Assembly: GCA_001949185.1 (NCBI GenBank)
Contig: BDGG01000008.1
Coordinates: 744,001-808,000 of the forward strand
Source: Ramazzottius varieornatus
Taxonomy: Eukaryota > Animalia > Tardigrada
Reading direction: 5' to 3'
DNA: 64,000 nt
Numbering within the stretch: position 1 is the stretch's first letter; each line of letters starts with the position of its first letter. The notes under the pieces are model-generated. The model searched no databases and was not told the DNA's origin. It worked only from the letters and a program-made list of their open reading frames with translations. Made by a program: the position numbers and the translations under genes. Below, piece by piece: positions 50,857 through 63,191 of the stretch.

Positions 50857-52426
50857 ATGTCAAGCTCGCTCCGGAAAGCGAGGATATCAGGTCGAGCCCA
50901 GGGTCTCGTTCATCGGTCCTCGCTCCAGCATCACTACGTTTCCCGGAACTGGCTCATGCTGCGAGCTCGTCCATTCACAGACATAGCCATACCACCCGAT
51001 TATGAGTTCTTCAAGACTTCTGAACAGAGAAGTGCTCGTTTATCGAAAGAGATCCCTCGCAGGGATGAATATGTCAAGCGGGACAACAGAAAAGTATCAT
51101 TGAGCCGAACTCGCAATGCGGAACTCGAACTATCCAAAGAACCTTTGAAGAGTTCAGCAGGAGCTTACTCTTTACTCGTGAGGCGATGGGAAGCGATAAG
51201 CCTGGAATACCGCCATTGGAAAGCCCAGGAAGAACTTTGCCATCCCGCAAGAGACTTTGAGGATGCTTCTAACGATACTAGCGAAAAATCGGACACGATT
51301 GTGAGTGTTGGCGAGGCTGGACCTCGAGCGGAACCCTGTCGTCCGCTAGTCACACAAGATCCAGCGTTTGCTCTCGAACCGGTTTATCCGGATGTGAACC
51401 ATCTGGACAGGCTGGTGGATTCCCAAGGACGGTTTCCGGAAGAAAGTGTGTCGTCGGGGGAGGAAGTCAAGCTGCGAGCTAGAGAAGTGGACAAGGATAT
51501 GGGCTTGATCGACATTGACAGACGTTCCCATCAGGTTCATCGATTACTATAGTTTGTTAATTCTTGAAATGTGTGGTTTAGTTCATAATTTTCCATTTGT
51601 TAGAGGAAGTTTCGGCGGTTGAGGAAAGCGACGCAGGAGCTGATTCGATGGATCGAGAGCCTGAAGCCGGAAAAGACCTTGACATACAATACAGTTACAA
51701 CGACGGACGGATCTCGGCTGACGGTACCCATGAAACCTTACATCCCCTTTCCGGCCGATGAACAGCCGCACCCTCTGATCAACGAGGAGGAAGTTGTGGA
51801 CATGGTGAAGAACTCTTATGGTGTCAGACCGGCCATGACGTTGCGGGTGGCGGTTCGTGACATGGTGGACCTTCCTGTCGAGCTGGAAAAGTTCGATAAT
51901 CTGAACTACCTGAAGCGGTAAGTTTCTCTGATATCCGTGCAAAATTAATGTTGTTGAGTTCCTGGAGCGTTTGTTGTTCTACAGGAGAGTTGTCGAGGAG
52001 CAAATATACCAAAAGCCCAAAAAAGTCTCTACCGTCGAACAAGAACCAAGAAGGGCAACAAAGTATAGCTTCGTGATAACTGAAGGTCCACATAACCGGA
52101 AGATGAGCGCTGTAGGAGCCATCTATGATGCGATTACCAAAGAAAGGTCTCGTTATGGAGCGTGGTACCTTAATCGGCACATGTGGAAAAAGATGCGTCT
52201 AACGGAAGAGATATCGAAACCGGGGACCAAAGAATGGGACGAGAACTTTTTACGCATCACTGGGCAAAAGCGACTTCGATTGGTTGACACCAAGACCTTT
52301 GGTGCGGCAGTCGCCGATGGACAACGATTCTCAACGAACCTGTCTAATTTGTATGGCGCGAAGAAGCTTTGCCAAACATTGAGAAGCCGCGGACAACGGG
52401 TCCCTCTGTGGATGGGGAACTGTTAG
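50857..52426 (+). CDS. FAM47-like protein, 3 exons
   Basis: C-terminal RYGAWYLNRHMWKK and LSNLYGAKKL...SRGQRVPLWM resemble the FAM47 YGAWYL.P.LW and L.GA.AF..FI..KG.R.P motifs (recalled, not searched). Exons ~50857-51533, ~51604-51917 and ~51984-52426. Confidence 0.6.
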
Positions 52427-52789
52427 TGACTTCTAAGGAAACATGATAATGACCTCTATGAAACCACACCTGAGTGTGTGTCAGTGGCGAACCTCGAAAT
52501 CGTTCAGCGCGGACGCCGACAACCGTATTGTAATGCGTTAAATGTGTTACTGTCATAGACATATTACTCGTAAAGCGAATGCTTACGCCTAAGTCATACC
52601 GATCAAAGTCCTGTGGCTGCAGCTCCGCCCCGACATCGCGCTGTACGTACGTTTATGACGTATGAAGATAGAAGATCTTCTTCGAAATTATTTCGTGGAT
52701 TTTTTTGCCAATTAAATTCACTCAGGTTAGCAGAAGGGAATTTGCCGAGACAGCTTCATCGGTCTTCCCAATTTATTCCTGGTTCGAGA

Positions 52790-55323
52790 ATGGCGCATCT
52801 TCTTGTAGTACTTCTCTTGCTTTCGTTGTGCAGAAGATTTGACAGCGTCCAGGTTTTGTACATGTACGATCCTGATCAAGGTAAGATACGAACCGGAAGT
52901 TCCATCTCTTCCCGGATCTTTTGTGGATTCTCCCTGAGCTAACATTTTTTTTCAGGTATCCTAGCTCCTTTGACTTCTCAAACGCTCAATGGAGGTGCCG
53001 CGTCCCAGCTGTCTCCTGACGCAGCCCAGCGAATCAACCAAGCAACGCGGGTGGGAGCAGTCGCCACTTCCTTGTTTGCTGGAAGTCCCTCTCCTTCCAT
53101 CCAGTATGGCAACGACGACAGGTGGAACCCACAGACCGCACGAGGAATGATGGCCCAGGGATCTTCCGGAGCGAGAGGGCCGAACGACAACGGGATGAAC
53201 CCGAATCAGTGGACTTCTAGCCCATACGAAAGCACCAACTCTCGACAGCAGCAGCAGTATCCTTATGGCATGCAAGATGCGCCTGACTCCAGACAACTTT
53301 CCGGCACGTATTGTTGAGTTCTTAATGGTTGAAATGTTAAAGAGAAGGGTCATTCAGTCCATAAAGACGTCCTCGAGAATTTCTGGAATACTTCGCAGAA
53401 TTTCGTTATTAGTACTGATTGACTTGATTGACTGGTTTTATTTTACAGGGGTAAATTCCAGAACGACCTTACTGATTGTGCCCCTGCGCGATTCCCAGAC
53501 TGGTGGACGAAATGGTTTCATCCAATCTCCTTCCTACGACATGAACACTCAGCCTGTAGCAAGTCCAGATACAGGTGCGCCAGTTCCTGCTGCTCGGGAG
53601 ATGACCAACTTTGGAGTGGGACCAGGTGGACCGATGGACCTTTCCTACGTCAACGATCCCGAGTACATCCAGTTCGCCCAGCAGCAAGATGCTCAAGGAA
53701 GATCGGAAGGACAAGGCGGACCAGATGGACAAGGACTGAATGGAATAATGCAGGGCCGAGGTTTCGGCATGTCGCTGACTTCGCCAAACCAGCAGACGCA
53801 AATCCAACCAAGTAAGAACCAACCTCGAATGAGAGGTTCATCTAATCATAAATCAAGTATCAGCTGTAACGTTGAAATTTTGCGATTTATAATTTCGTGC
53901 TAAGCTGGGAGCTGCGGCAAACAGACTCATAGATGAAGCCGGCATTTAGGACAGCGATTTGGTTGAGTCTGTTTGCCGAGCTTCCAATTGTTCTTATTCG
54001 CCATCTTTCATTTTGCAGATGGTGTCAGGATCAATACGCCGAACTCTATGATCGCCTTGGGAAGATCGGACTTGGGTGGTATGGGATTCGGGATGGGAGG
54101 TTTCGGCATGATGCCGCTGCAAGGTTACGATGTGGATCCATCGGACCACTATGACACCTCAATGGCTTACAACGGTGCCGCTCAGATACAAGGTCCTGCG
54201 ATGATGGGTAAGGTTGTACCACCTCCTAACCTCTTCGCCAACACCGCCACCGGCAACGTCATCAACTCTGGCAGTGCTGTTCACGGTATGCTGTCTGCCA
54301 CCGGAAACTCCAAAAGCCGAACAGGTAGCTCTTGAACATTTACTCGCTAGGCGAAGTTGCAAAGTGTTTCGTGTTTGATTCTAGGACTCCTTGGTTCGTT
54401 GAGTACCGGACAGGGACAGCTTAGAGGTTCAGGTCTTGGAATTCAGGGAACGTCAGTCAACTCTGCTGGAGCTGCAACCACCGGTGGCTTTCCTGGCGGA
54501 CCCGGAAGTGGCTCTAACGCTAACGCCATGTTCGTCAACAGCATGAATGCGGAAAAGGGAACTGTCAACGGCTTGTCCAACACCATGTCTCGAACCGGTA
54601 ACAACCTCTAATCGCTTCTTGGTTCCATCCAAATAAATGCTGTAACCGAATCGAAATGAAAATGGCAGGCCGGTGAACTGCGGCTTACAAGATCGTTTTC
54701 TCAAGTGGCGCACGTTTCGTTGTCACTGTACAGAAGCCTGCTCCACTCAGTCAAACGGTCTTGTCCGTTCCGTTCGCCGGCCTCCCAAATATATCTTTTT
54801 GGTAGAATAATTTTGAATTTGTTTTTGAGAAATTGCGTTCGTTTTATTGTCCTTGCCCGTTATAGGAAGGAATGGTAATGCTCTCGGCATCTCCGGTGGA
54901 TCGGCGAATGGTTTCGGAGTTGGTGTCCAGCTGACGCAGGTTGCAAGCTCTGACGCCACTGGTCAAGCTTTTGACTGGTCAAATCGCCACCGGGCCTCAC
55001 AAGCTCGCATCTACCGTTATAAGCGTGACGTTCCTGTCTCTTGGCTCGACGCATTTGGCTTAGGCAACGGCGCTGCTCTTCCTCGATCGGGCTCTCAGCC
55101 GGTGATTGTCTACCAGAACGGAACCTTTCCAGGAAGCTTCGGTGTGGTGACTCGCTTCGACCCACAGACAGGTACCATTACTCAGATGGGAGGCGCCAGC
55201 ACCGTTCTTCTGGGTCCTGCTGCTATTTCGGGAAGTTCCATCACCAGCGGTATCAGTTCCTCATCCATCTCGACCGGAAGCAACACTGCGTCTCAGACCA
55301 TTTCCCCGTTGATCAAGGCTTAG
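52790..55323 (+). CDS. Secreted Gly/Ser/Asn/Gln/Met-rich low-complexity orphan protein (~590 aa, 6 exons)
   Basis: Signal peptide MAHLLVVLLLLSLCRRFDS. The ORF segments at 52956, 53449, 54019, 54385 and 54866 link through phase-1 splice sites. Furin-type RYKR site in the last exon; no Cys in the mature chain. Confidence 0.75.
53906..53986. mobile_element. Intronic fold-back element, internally deleted copy J
   Basis: tgggagctgcggcaaacagactca...tgagtctgtttgccgagcttcca has the family termini but not the GGCGCAC core; it lies in intron 3 of the secreted orphan gene. Confidence 0.7.
54663..54787. mobile_element. Intronic fold-back element, copy G
   Basis: aggccggtgaactgcggcttacaagatcgttttctcaagtggcgcacg...aaacggtcttgtccgttccgttcgccggcctccca, in intron 5 of the secreted orphan gene. 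Confidence 0.85.
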
Positions 55324-55893
55324 ACTAGTTCTGTTTTTACTTTGATTGCAACTGATCATCTTTGCTTTTGCCTTTGACTTCTAGTTTCGACTCTGGATGA
55401 AATATCCCGGTACGGTGCCTGTAGTGTACTCTGTAATTCTCTTATGTGCTCATTTTTCTGTATGTGTGGTTAGTCCCGGTTCTTTCGTTTCTTACTGAGT
55501 AAACACTACCAAGAAGATTTCAGCTGTCCGCTCCGGTTAAACTGGCACAGGCAAGTCGACGCCTCGCAGACAATTCGGAGTAACCGACGAACGAAATGAC
55601 CGGCTGGAAGAACTTCTGATGCTCGGTGTGGAAGCGATGGTCTCCGCATTATCGATTCTCCCTGCAGAAACCTACACAGCAGCCCAGTGGTTGGTGCAGG
55701 CTTCGATCAGGTAGGTCTTCCCTTGCGCCGTCTTTTCATGGAGCATTATCGATTATTCTCACCTCAGCAATTTGCTCCATACTTGGCACCTTTTACCAGG
55801 AGCACTTCTTTCCTTATCATAAACTTTTTGTATCGGGTAAGAATACGCATCTGGATTGACGAAGGATAGTTTCTCGTTTCACCTTGTTGAAGG

Positions 55894-57653
55894 ATGACCT
55901 ACAAGGAAGTTCGAGGTAAATACAGCAATTCTTGATGATTATTTTTGTTGGCTCATATTTCACCCTGAATCTTCTCATTCTTCTAGAGTTCACAGCGATC
56001 CTGCAGGAGCTGGAATGTCCGGAGACTGTGGAGATAGATATGTTTCAGTATCCCGATTTTCCTCTTGTTGCCCGCATATTGAACTGGCTTGTTTCAAGGT
56101 ATTATTGCTTCGACTTCCATTTTTATGACTGATTTCTGGTTTCCCTCTGTAAGTTGTTCTTCTCATGTTCTACAGATGCGACCCAAACTTCAGCACACCG
56201 TTTGAGATTGAAGCAGAGCAAGATCGTGTATTCTTCCTGAAGGCCATTGTTGACCACTTGGTGAGTAGCTGCCAGCATTTCGAAGAAGGCTTTTGACGGC
56301 TCATTTTGCTGTCAACCATTTTGTATACAGAATCTTAAATATAATCTGGTGCTGGATCCAAGAAAACTGTACCTCGCGGATGGCCATGCAGTTCGGGAGC
56401 TGCTGAAAGTTGCTCGTCATTTGAATAACGCAGCCGACGTGTGGAAGAAGGTGGCAGCGCTACCGGAAGCCACACGAACGCAGGAAGATGCCAAGACCAA
56501 AATATTGGCTAAAGTAAGAACCTATTTCCCTGACCGCTTAGTTTCTTCCAACCTAAATACTGGAAACTTCTTCAGTACTTATTCTTATATAAGTCAGAAT
56601 TTTCGAACTGTAGGTGGCTGACTTTGGTACTTCTCGACGAGCCCGGAAGCCAGGGACCGTTACCAGTTCCGATATGTTCCACCTGTTACGGAACGAGTCG
56701 GAGAACCATGTAAGATACCATATCTAAATTATGCGGTTATCAACACAGTACATACTTTCAACGGAATGCTCTTTGTGTGACAGATGGTACGGACTGCCGC
56801 TCTGAATATGAAGTTGGATCCCATCAAGGTTGAAACCGCGCTCAGCGAGTCACTTTCACAAGCCGAGGTACCGTGAGCAAGCGAGAACAATTTCTTACTG
56901 CTGAAAGAAAGCATTGTACATAGTACTGGTGGAAGTTTACATACGAGTACTCTAACTTCCGGGTTCCAGAATTTAGCTACGGAATATGAGCAGAAATTCA
57001 AAAACATTGAATATGACAAGGGCAATCTCGAAGCAAAAATCAAGAAAAGAGAGGAGGAAGTAGAGCGTCTGCAACGACGTCTCCACACAATCCATAAATC
57101 CAAGTAAGTTTCATGCTAAGTAACCGTTTTCCGAAGACTTGCGTTACTACGTTCTCTCCAAACGCATTTTCAGGCCATCACAGATGGGAGAAACTGAGAA
57201 GTTGGAAGCCGAGGTGGCGAACCTGTACGGCCAGTACAGCAACCGATATCGTTCTCTGCTCGGACTGGAGAACCACGTCCGGAAACTACAAAGCCTGCTG
57301 GACGATGTAAGCATTGTGCCGCAAAGCAACTTCACCATGCAAGCAGGTCAGTAAACTAACTGATCCTTCCTGATTAACGCCAGAAGACAACGCCACGCCA
57401 TGTCGACGAGAGTACTCCGACGAGTGCCAACACGGTCACGCCCGATGACAGACTCGCGGAAGATACCGACAGCATGCAGATGAGACATCGTCCAAGCTTA
57501 CAGGTCCGCAGAGTGGCCATGGACCAAGAGGGCGAGCCAGACTCCGAAGAAGATCAAAGTTCCCCCTACAACCAACAGCGAACCAACTCCGCAAATGCCA
57601 CCTCCATCAGCCAAAAGAAATCTCAGCAAGAATCCGATGACGACGACTTCTGA
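55894..57653 (+). CDS. CLUAP1: Clusterin-associated protein 1 / IFT38 (IFT-B subunit)
   Basis: MTYKEVR|EFTAILQEL...FQYPDFPLVARILNWLVSR, EQDRVFFLKAI, LDPRKLYLADGHAVRELLKV, NLEAKIKKREEEVERLQRRL, acidic end SDDDDF*. Confidence 0.92.
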
Positions 57654-57895
57654 AAATTCTACTGCTTTCATTTCCTCATTCATTCTCAATCGGCGATTTT
57701 CTTCGACAAGCTCCATTGTAATGCTAAAGTAGTAATAGCTTAATTATCTCGTCCAAAATGGCCTAAAAGAATATGGCAAACGAGTTAAACGACGTCGCAA
57801 ACCAAGCAAGAGATATCGAAGTGTAAAGTATGTTTCATTAAAATATTCCAAAACACGAGATCATTCAGAGACAAGATCGGCAAACAAGATCAAAA

Positions 57896-60800
57896 CTAGC
57901 TTCTTAGCCATTCATCAAAGTGCTTATTTTCTTGGAATTCTACTACCATCTCGTCCACCAAGTCATCCCAGATTTCGTTAGCCGTTTCCGCCTTCAGCGA
58001 TGCCTCGGCAGCCGCGAAATTACACCATTCATTCTCATGGCGTTCCAAATCTTTGAACGATATGTTGTACACAGCTTGTTGGTCCAGTTCATCGCGCTCA
58101 TTTCTGTCCAACTTCACTCCCGGCTCCGGTATGATCAACCGTGCGGCATTCCGTTCAAACTGATTTTCCATCACTGTCAAGAACTGTTCCAGATTCCCCG
58201 GGAATCTTTGCTTGGGTGGGACAGGTGCGACATCCGGTAAGGCGTACATTTGATCACAAAAATCGATGATAAAGTCGAAAGCCATTTGAGATTCTTGGTT
58301 AACACCAGAAGAGAATTCCGAAGACGGAAAATAAATGTCGAAAAAACTCTTGAAAATGTTTTGCCCGACAGCAGAATGGACAAAGCGAGCGGCGTTCCGT
58401 ATATGAGAAATGCTTTTCTCTATTCTGGTTCGTCGAACAAAGTCGCCGATAGGAGGTGACCTTGCGCGGACAGATTTTCGCGGACTTATAACGTCCTTAA
58501 AGGTGTCTGGGGTGCCAGGCGGCAGGATACCGCTGAAGAAGTCGTCCTCCATCCAGTCTTGCGCCGGCATGGTCGCGTCCATCCCTCGGGGCGAAACCAA
58601 TAGATCGGTGGCTGCAATCTGCTCCTCTCTCCTCGGCGAAGGTCTTCGTGGCGACGAAGAGGTACCTTTCGGAGGTCTTTCCCTTCTTGATGTTGGAACA
58701 ATCTTTGCGTTGTCATCACCACTCGATAATTTCAAGTCTTCTGCAAAATGCGTGCTGTACAATCAAAACATGGCTCGAACTAGGAATTCTAGTGTATTCT
58801 TTGAAATAGCTTATTTATACTGTCTGATATTAAGTACTGTAGTGCTTCCAAATTATCGCGCACTCAACCACGTGAGCAGTAAATGATGCCCGGGTGAAAG
58901 TTACAGAGACGACACTGAGTCATCTGACCATACTGGGCAACGATGACTCATCACGTGGTTCAGTGCGCGATAATTTGGTAGCACTGCAGTATATATCTCT
59001 TTCGACGTTGACAGTTTGATGTTCGTCTACCTACCTGACACCGATGACAAAGGAGAGATCGACCGCGCTGATTTCGGAGATCTTTCGTTGTCTTCCGAAT
59101 GTCGCTTTTCCTCCCCTGCGTCGCCCGAAGCCGAATCCAAACCTTCCCGTATCTCTTTCTCAAGGATCGAAGCAGGATGTTCCGTTGTCTCGTTATCGGC
59201 GGTCAAATGCTTCTCAACAGGCTCTTCGGTCTTTGCTTCCGGGTTCCTCGGTACTTCGTTATCTAGGACGAAACAGAAGGTTAGCTGATTAACGTTACCG
59301 AAATCTGCAAGTGACATCAAACTTACTTGCAAACGAAACCAGAAGCGAAGCGCTGTCGACCGATTCCACGTCGTCTTCGGTCCGCTCGTCGTTATGCTCC
59401 TCTTCCGACCTCTTGTTATCCTCCTCTTGCTTGTCAGGAACGAAGTCGGATTCTTCCTTCTTTCTGGCGTCCTGGTTAGCACGTTCATATGCATCCAGAT
59501 TGTCTCCAATCAACGCCACAGCAGCACCAGTCCGTGGACTGAAATCGCCATTGCCTACTTCGCCCTCTTCGGGCTGTCGCTCGCCATTCGCACCGTCATG
59601 TCCTGTACAATCAGAAAATCAAAACATGATCACTTTCGTACATATAATGATACAGCAAAACATGTATTTTTCATCTAAACTCTCATTTTAACTTACCACT
59701 GCTTGACAGGAGACTCAACGAAGAAACGGTTTCCAAAGTGCTCAAGTTCTCTTCATCGTCTCCGGCAAGAACTTCCGGAACATCTGTTTCTTTCGTACTG
59801 TGGTTTTCGCGGGGATCGAGCTCTTCGTCTTGTACATTCCTGTCAGCCACTTGCTCATTATCAAAACCATTCTCAGTCTGGTTTACGTTCTCATCCATTC
59901 GCACTTCCCGGCCGACATCACGCCTCCGACTGTTATCAAGGCGCAGGTCGTGAAAATGGTCCGCCACTTCCGAAGATGCTTTCTGATCTTTCAGGGAGTC
60001 TTCGAAATCCTCTGCGATTAGTTGTGAAGAAGGTCTCTCCCAATCCCGGACCGTTCTGTTGGAGGATGTTGTACTACTACGAGACAGGAAATCCGACTTC
60101 ACAAACGATATCTCACTTTCTGAGCTAAACTGCCCAGCTTCCTCATTCTCATCTCGAATTGACTGTCCGTTCCTCGTACGGAATTCATTGTCGGATGCAA
60201 AAGCTTCTGCAAAAAAAACCAATGCGACAAAGGAAACACGAACCAAATACCAAACATGGAACCTAGGCCGACAAACTTGACAAGATTGTTTTCTTCAAGT
60301 GGCGCACGCTTTCAGCCAAGAGTACCGGGAACCTGCGCCCCTTGCAAAAACAATTACATCACCAGATTCACCACGGCACTTACCAGCGACCAATGAAGGA
60401 CTTCTTAATAGACTGGGCACGGAACTTATTGGAGAAAGAATGCTCGAGTGTTCTTCCTGACTGGAATCCTGCCAGCGTTTCGGCGAAGTCTGTGCCGCTT
60501 CTACGCGAGGAGTAACTTCTCCATCGGACAACGCCAGAGCCACCGACGACTCTTCGAACTTATCTTCGTCCATGTTCCTTCCTCCATCTTCAATGTTGTC
60601 AGGCTGGCGAACGACAAAGTTTATGCCTGACGATATGTCAGAAGCTGGACTGATGACAGGTGAAGGCCGGTGGAAGTGGGCGGGTGATTCCGGTAGGAAG
60701 TCGTCGTCGTAGCTGAACACCTGCCCACTCTGCCACGGTCTACTCGGCCGATTCGGATCGCTGATTTCGGCATTTCTCGTTGGCTGAATGCTATCAAAGT

Positions 60801-62256
60801 CTGCTGTTACCTCACGAACTCCTCCGTTGTCAGCGGTTCCTCCTTCGTCCCATTCTCCAGTCTCCCTAAATTCCGGCGGCGGAACAACTGGTGGAGGTGC
60901 TGCGACTGGTGGAGAACGGTAAGAGGCGGACCCCAAGTCTATGAATGGAACGACGTCTTGAGGTGGAACAAGCGGCACCATTTCCACCGGACGAAACTCC
61001 AGCCTAACATTATTCGCCTTGGGTGAGTACTTCTGTTGAACACTAGCCAGCGATATGAGCTTGGGCGACAGTATTTTCCCCGAGTTGAGTAACTCATTGC
61101 TTCCAACCCGACGAGCAAGCGAAGTCCTCTCAGCTGTAAAGAACATATTCTCCGAACCACTTGGCATATTTCTGTCAGCGACCATGGGAGACTTCTCGGC
61201 ACTGGCTGGAGTACTGGAAAACTCCTCAACGGGAGTCTTATAGTTGTTGGTCTGGGATTCGGAGTCGTTCTTGGTGGGGCGATTTGGCTTCACGACAGGT
61301 TCTTCGCCGGAAGCCGTTTGCGCCATCGCGTTTTCTGGAGTCTCTCCGTGATAGGGCGCTCCTTCCCTATCAGCGGCCTTATCAGTTTGCTTCGTGACAT
61401 CGGGCACATCATTGCGACGGACTGCGCCTTCCGCTGTTAGCCGGTCGTCGGCAACCAGTGGTATAACGTTCTCCTTCTGGAGGTCCGTGTAGGTTCTTGT
61501 AGGTATGATATCCTTCTTCGCTTTGCTTTCAGCCACGTCGAAACTTTTCGACAACGAGGCCCGTACTTTGAGGTACCCGAGCTTCTTCGTATATGTGCTG
61601 AGAAAGTTATACGGGTCCGACTTGTTGAACTCTGACGATCGCTGATCGACTGTAAACTCGGATAGCTTTTCTTGCAGTTGGGCATTCAAACGTCTCGACA
61701 AGTCTCCCAACACCCGAAGACGCTCTTTCGAATCCTCCGCTCTCTTCTTGATCTGCAATCCACATAACAAAATTTCTTAATGACAAGTATGTGTTCATTC
61801 ATTCCTTCACTTCATTCGTTCACTTACTTCGCTCGGCTGTGATGTTGACGAAAGGACCCTCTCAACATTCTCTGGGGCATGAAAGCCATCTGACCTCGGT
61901 CTAGAGTGACGACGTCCCGGTGAGTGCTCATCCATACTGCTTCCTTCGTCGGCCGTGCCAACTTGTGTCATAACTTCAGCCAGCCATGTCTTCTTCTCCT
62001 GCAGTTTTCGAAGTTCGTCCAGCAAAACTCGCTCGCGGTCTGCTATCCCAGCAATCTGCTCCTTGGTCGACAACGTTTCAACCGAGATGGCACTGGACGG
62101 AGGACGCTTGTTGAGCTGTAATCGATCCACTCTCTTCGCTACGGGAGGAGGCATGACGTACTTATTCAAGTCATTCAAGAGTCTTTCGGAAATCGGAAGA
62201 TACGATTTATAGTACTGCCAAATGGTACTGCATAGACAAACGGGAAAAGAGTTCAA
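57896..62256 (-). CDS. Large CEP350-like centrosomal protein (C-terminal DUF4378-type helix); 5' end uncertain, possibly up to ~62950
   Basis: Long disordered multi-exon frame with N-terminal coiled coils and a DPYNFLSTYTKKL motif. The C-terminus ENEWCNFAAAEASLKAETANEIWDDLVDEMV resembles the CEP350/DUF4378 E..W..Y..E..V...AD.I...L pattern. Confidence 0.6.
58837..58989. mobile_element. 153-bp MITE with 39-bp TIRs and TA target-site duplication, intronic
   Basis: TA|ctgtagtgcttccaaattatcgcgcactcaaccacgtga ... tcacgtggttcagtgcgcgataatttggtagcactgcag|TA (3 mismatches), with an internal tgagtcatc/gatgactca hairpin. Confidence 0.88.
60260..60380. mobile_element. Intronic fold-back element, copy H
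   Basis: aggccgacaaacttgacaagattgttttcttcaagtggcgcacgctttc...gggaacctgcgccccttgcaaaaacaatt fills most of a ~175-bp intron (~60209-60383) of the CEP350-like gene. Confidence 0.82.
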
Positions 62257-63191
62257 AAGAAATTATCCAAGCAAATTCAAATAAATCAATGGAAGTGAAT
62301 CAATCTGTCTGTCACGGTCTGTGACAGTGTGGCTCTGTGCAGTAACTTTTACCAGAGTGCTTTTACTGTATTTCCTCCACAGAGTTCCCAGCGAAATCCC
62401 GGGATGACAAACCGGGAGTATATAATTTCGTGCACCTTTGATCGCGTAGAACGTTATGCCCCGCGAAAGACAAATTCCAGATAATAATGTATCCAGATAA
62501 TAATAATTACCTATGTATAATGTATGAAATACCCGGGAATACGAATCTCGGGAACTCTTATCGCTTGTAGGGTGTATCCAGGAAAACGTGCGAAATTCTC
62601 CGGAACGGCGGAACTGCAATTCTCCCGAGGCCCTCACTTCCGCGATCCGCAGAACCTGCCTACTTCATATTCCAAACGTTCTCGCATTAGCTCGTAAGTT
62701 TTGTGCTTTGTGCAAGGCTCGACGGTTCGAATTCCTTCTTCGAGTGGGGTTGCACGAGATGTGTCGCCACCGAGATATCATCCCGGTATTGCTGGGTCGC
62801 GAGATTTTTCAAACCCGGGATGAAGACACAGTACCAGTGTTCGACTTACGTTCTTTTACAGTTTGGTCCAGGACTCTAGACGTAACGGAACTGGTTCAGG
62901 TCGGATGATAAAATTTACACCAAAGTTTCTCGTAGAGAACAGCGTGGCATGCTTTGGAGGTCAAGTTAATCAACAGCGGTAGCGAGAAGGTCGTGACTCG
63001 TCAGCCAGCGACTTATGACCGGATCGCTGGACGCGGAACTACGAAAGGAATCTGAAAAACTAACACTCTGCGGAAAACTACGGCGCAAAGTGCAGCGTTC
63101 TAGTAATAACTGAATACAGCAAAAATGTGTGGCGAGATAGATGTGGTGTCTGGGGTCTGGGCTGACAGGTTTCCGGGAAGACAACTACCGC

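Noticed and set aside
8602-60380. CRISPR array or bacterial REP interpretation of the palindromic repeats
   Set aside because: The copies are kilobases apart inside spliceosomal introns of animal genes, with no spacers or cas genes.
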